From: Octopus sinensis
Lineage: Eukaryota
NCBI RefSeq assembly: GCF_006345805.1
Contig: NC_043001.1
Location: 116,002,001-116,066,000 of the forward strand
Length of the DNA stretch: 64,000 bases
Reading direction: 5' to 3'
Below, one piece after another: positions 62,607-64,000 of the stretch. The notes below the pieces were generated by a model. The model was not told the origin of the DNA. It worked only from the letters and a program-made list of their open reading frames with translations, and searched no databases. A program made the position numbers and the translations under genes. The first letter of the stretch is position 1, and every line of letters begins with the position of its first letter.

Positions 62607-64000
62607 GTAATATTGATTTTTACTATTACTAATTAAAAAGCATTGAAGAATCATTTTGGTTTGGCTTGAACCTTTTGGCTCGTTAGGCAGGAGCTATCAT
62701 AGTTTCCATGTTAAGCAATACTGTCCCCTAAATTGGATGCTGCACCATTACAAGGGGAACCTTTAAGCTTCTGCTGATAATCATTTACACCTGAATTGAT
62801 GGAAGCAATGTGAAATGAAACGAATTGTTCAAAGACGCAATGCACTGCCTGACCTGAGAATTAAACTGGTGCCATAATGATTGTGTGCCAAACACTTACC
62901 TTACTACAACATGCATATTTCACAGAATCAGACCAAATATTTTGTGGTAGATCTTATAACTCTTTCCATTCTCAGTTGAAATGTACCTGTCAGAACAGAC
63001 TGTTTTTAAATAAGTACAATAAGGAAGCAAAACTAAAGTGTTGATTGCTTTTCAGTATTAGCATTGTTTCACATTTGGATTGTTGTTGATGTTGGTGATA
63101 ATGCTGTTGTTGGTGAGGGTGATGCTGCTGCCATTGTTGTTGTTTAACAAAAATGACGGTGCTATGATCCAGAGTCCAGACCAGACTATGGGCATCCTGG
63201 ATTGGTTGTATTTTCTTTCTTTTTTTTTTTTTTTGATGGGATGGGGTTCTTTGCTGTCCTTTCCTTTTATTTTTAATTTAAGAGGAATAGTAGTGCTCAT
63301 TACCCTTTTCAGGGCTTTCAAAACAGATAAGAAAGGAACAAGTTATCCTCAGATTGGACACCTGAATGATTTTAATTGAAAGGATACTCTGCTAAAGCTA
63401 CCTAAGGGACCAGGTGGTGGGAACTGAATCAACCCTATTGATTAAGTGGTACTTAAAACAGTCAGTCATGATATAGAGAAAATTTGGTTTCTATTACTAG
63501 CATGTTAAGTAACCATGTTCAGATGGTGTCGTACTTTCTATTTCTGTGACTTGTGTATATTAAATTTAGTATACATGTAAAATGATAATTTTGATATATT
63601 ATCAGGTCAATTGCACTGGGTCAACTTTGCATTTCATACCTCCATAAAATAATAATATTGACTCAAACAAATATTATTTTGCAGACTTTATGACAAAGAG
63701 CATTCCATATATGACTGTCTCCTCTTATTCTTCTAACATTATATCTAGAACTACATTATCCAGCGTGAAATTCATTTTGTTTTAAGACTAGTAAATAGAT
63801 TGAGGAAGACTTAGTTCTATTTCTAGCAAAGAGATGACCCCTATAAAGCAGGCATGGTCAACCTTTCTCATGACACAGGCTCATCATCAGGTTAGCTACA
63901 CTATTATTAAAAAAATTAAAGATAATTTTCCATAAAGTGTGCCATTCAGAGGGTTTCCATAGACTGCAGGTTGTCGATGACTGATATTGAAACTCCATCC

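Noticed and set aside
63058-63379. Asn-rich and hydrophobic ORFs
   Set aside because: Low-complexity (TTG/TGC)n sequence with no splice or domain support
63849-63983. Possible hAT MITE (CAGGCATGGTCAACC...GGTTGTCGATGACTG)
   Set aside because: The TIR match is weak and there is no TSD

Overview
AT-rich, repeat-dense animal genomic DNA. The repeat content (tRNA-derived SINEs, RTE tails ending in (GAT)n, long TA/CA microsatellites) suggests an octopus or other cephalopod; this is an inference. One host gene is supported on the + strand: the 5' part of an invertebrate-type contactin (signal peptide, C-type lectin domain, Ig1, start of Ig2). I rebuilt it by hand from 7 phase-compatible GT-AG coding exons between 41285 and 62606 (922 nt, open frame); it continues beyond the window. 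A candidate non-coding first exon ends at 6998, implying a first intron of about 34 kb. The rest is transposon-derived: Helitron pieces, a Tx1/L1-type LINE fragment with a 251-bp fold-back, four Merlin-type elements with 8-bp TSDs, mariner, Tc1, a full-length Buster-type hAT, piggyBac-like MITEs, RTE and CR1 LINE fragments, and several SINE families (A, B, D and E are my own labels). The most notable observations are minimal hammerhead-ribozyme-like motifs in Penelope-like repeats, loss of the canonical B-strand cysteine in contactin Ig1, a SINE insertion that duplicated an exon's splice donor, and nested Merlin insertions. Most short ORFs in the supplied track are repeat or microsatellite noise. 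No database searches were run, so family names rest on motif recognition.
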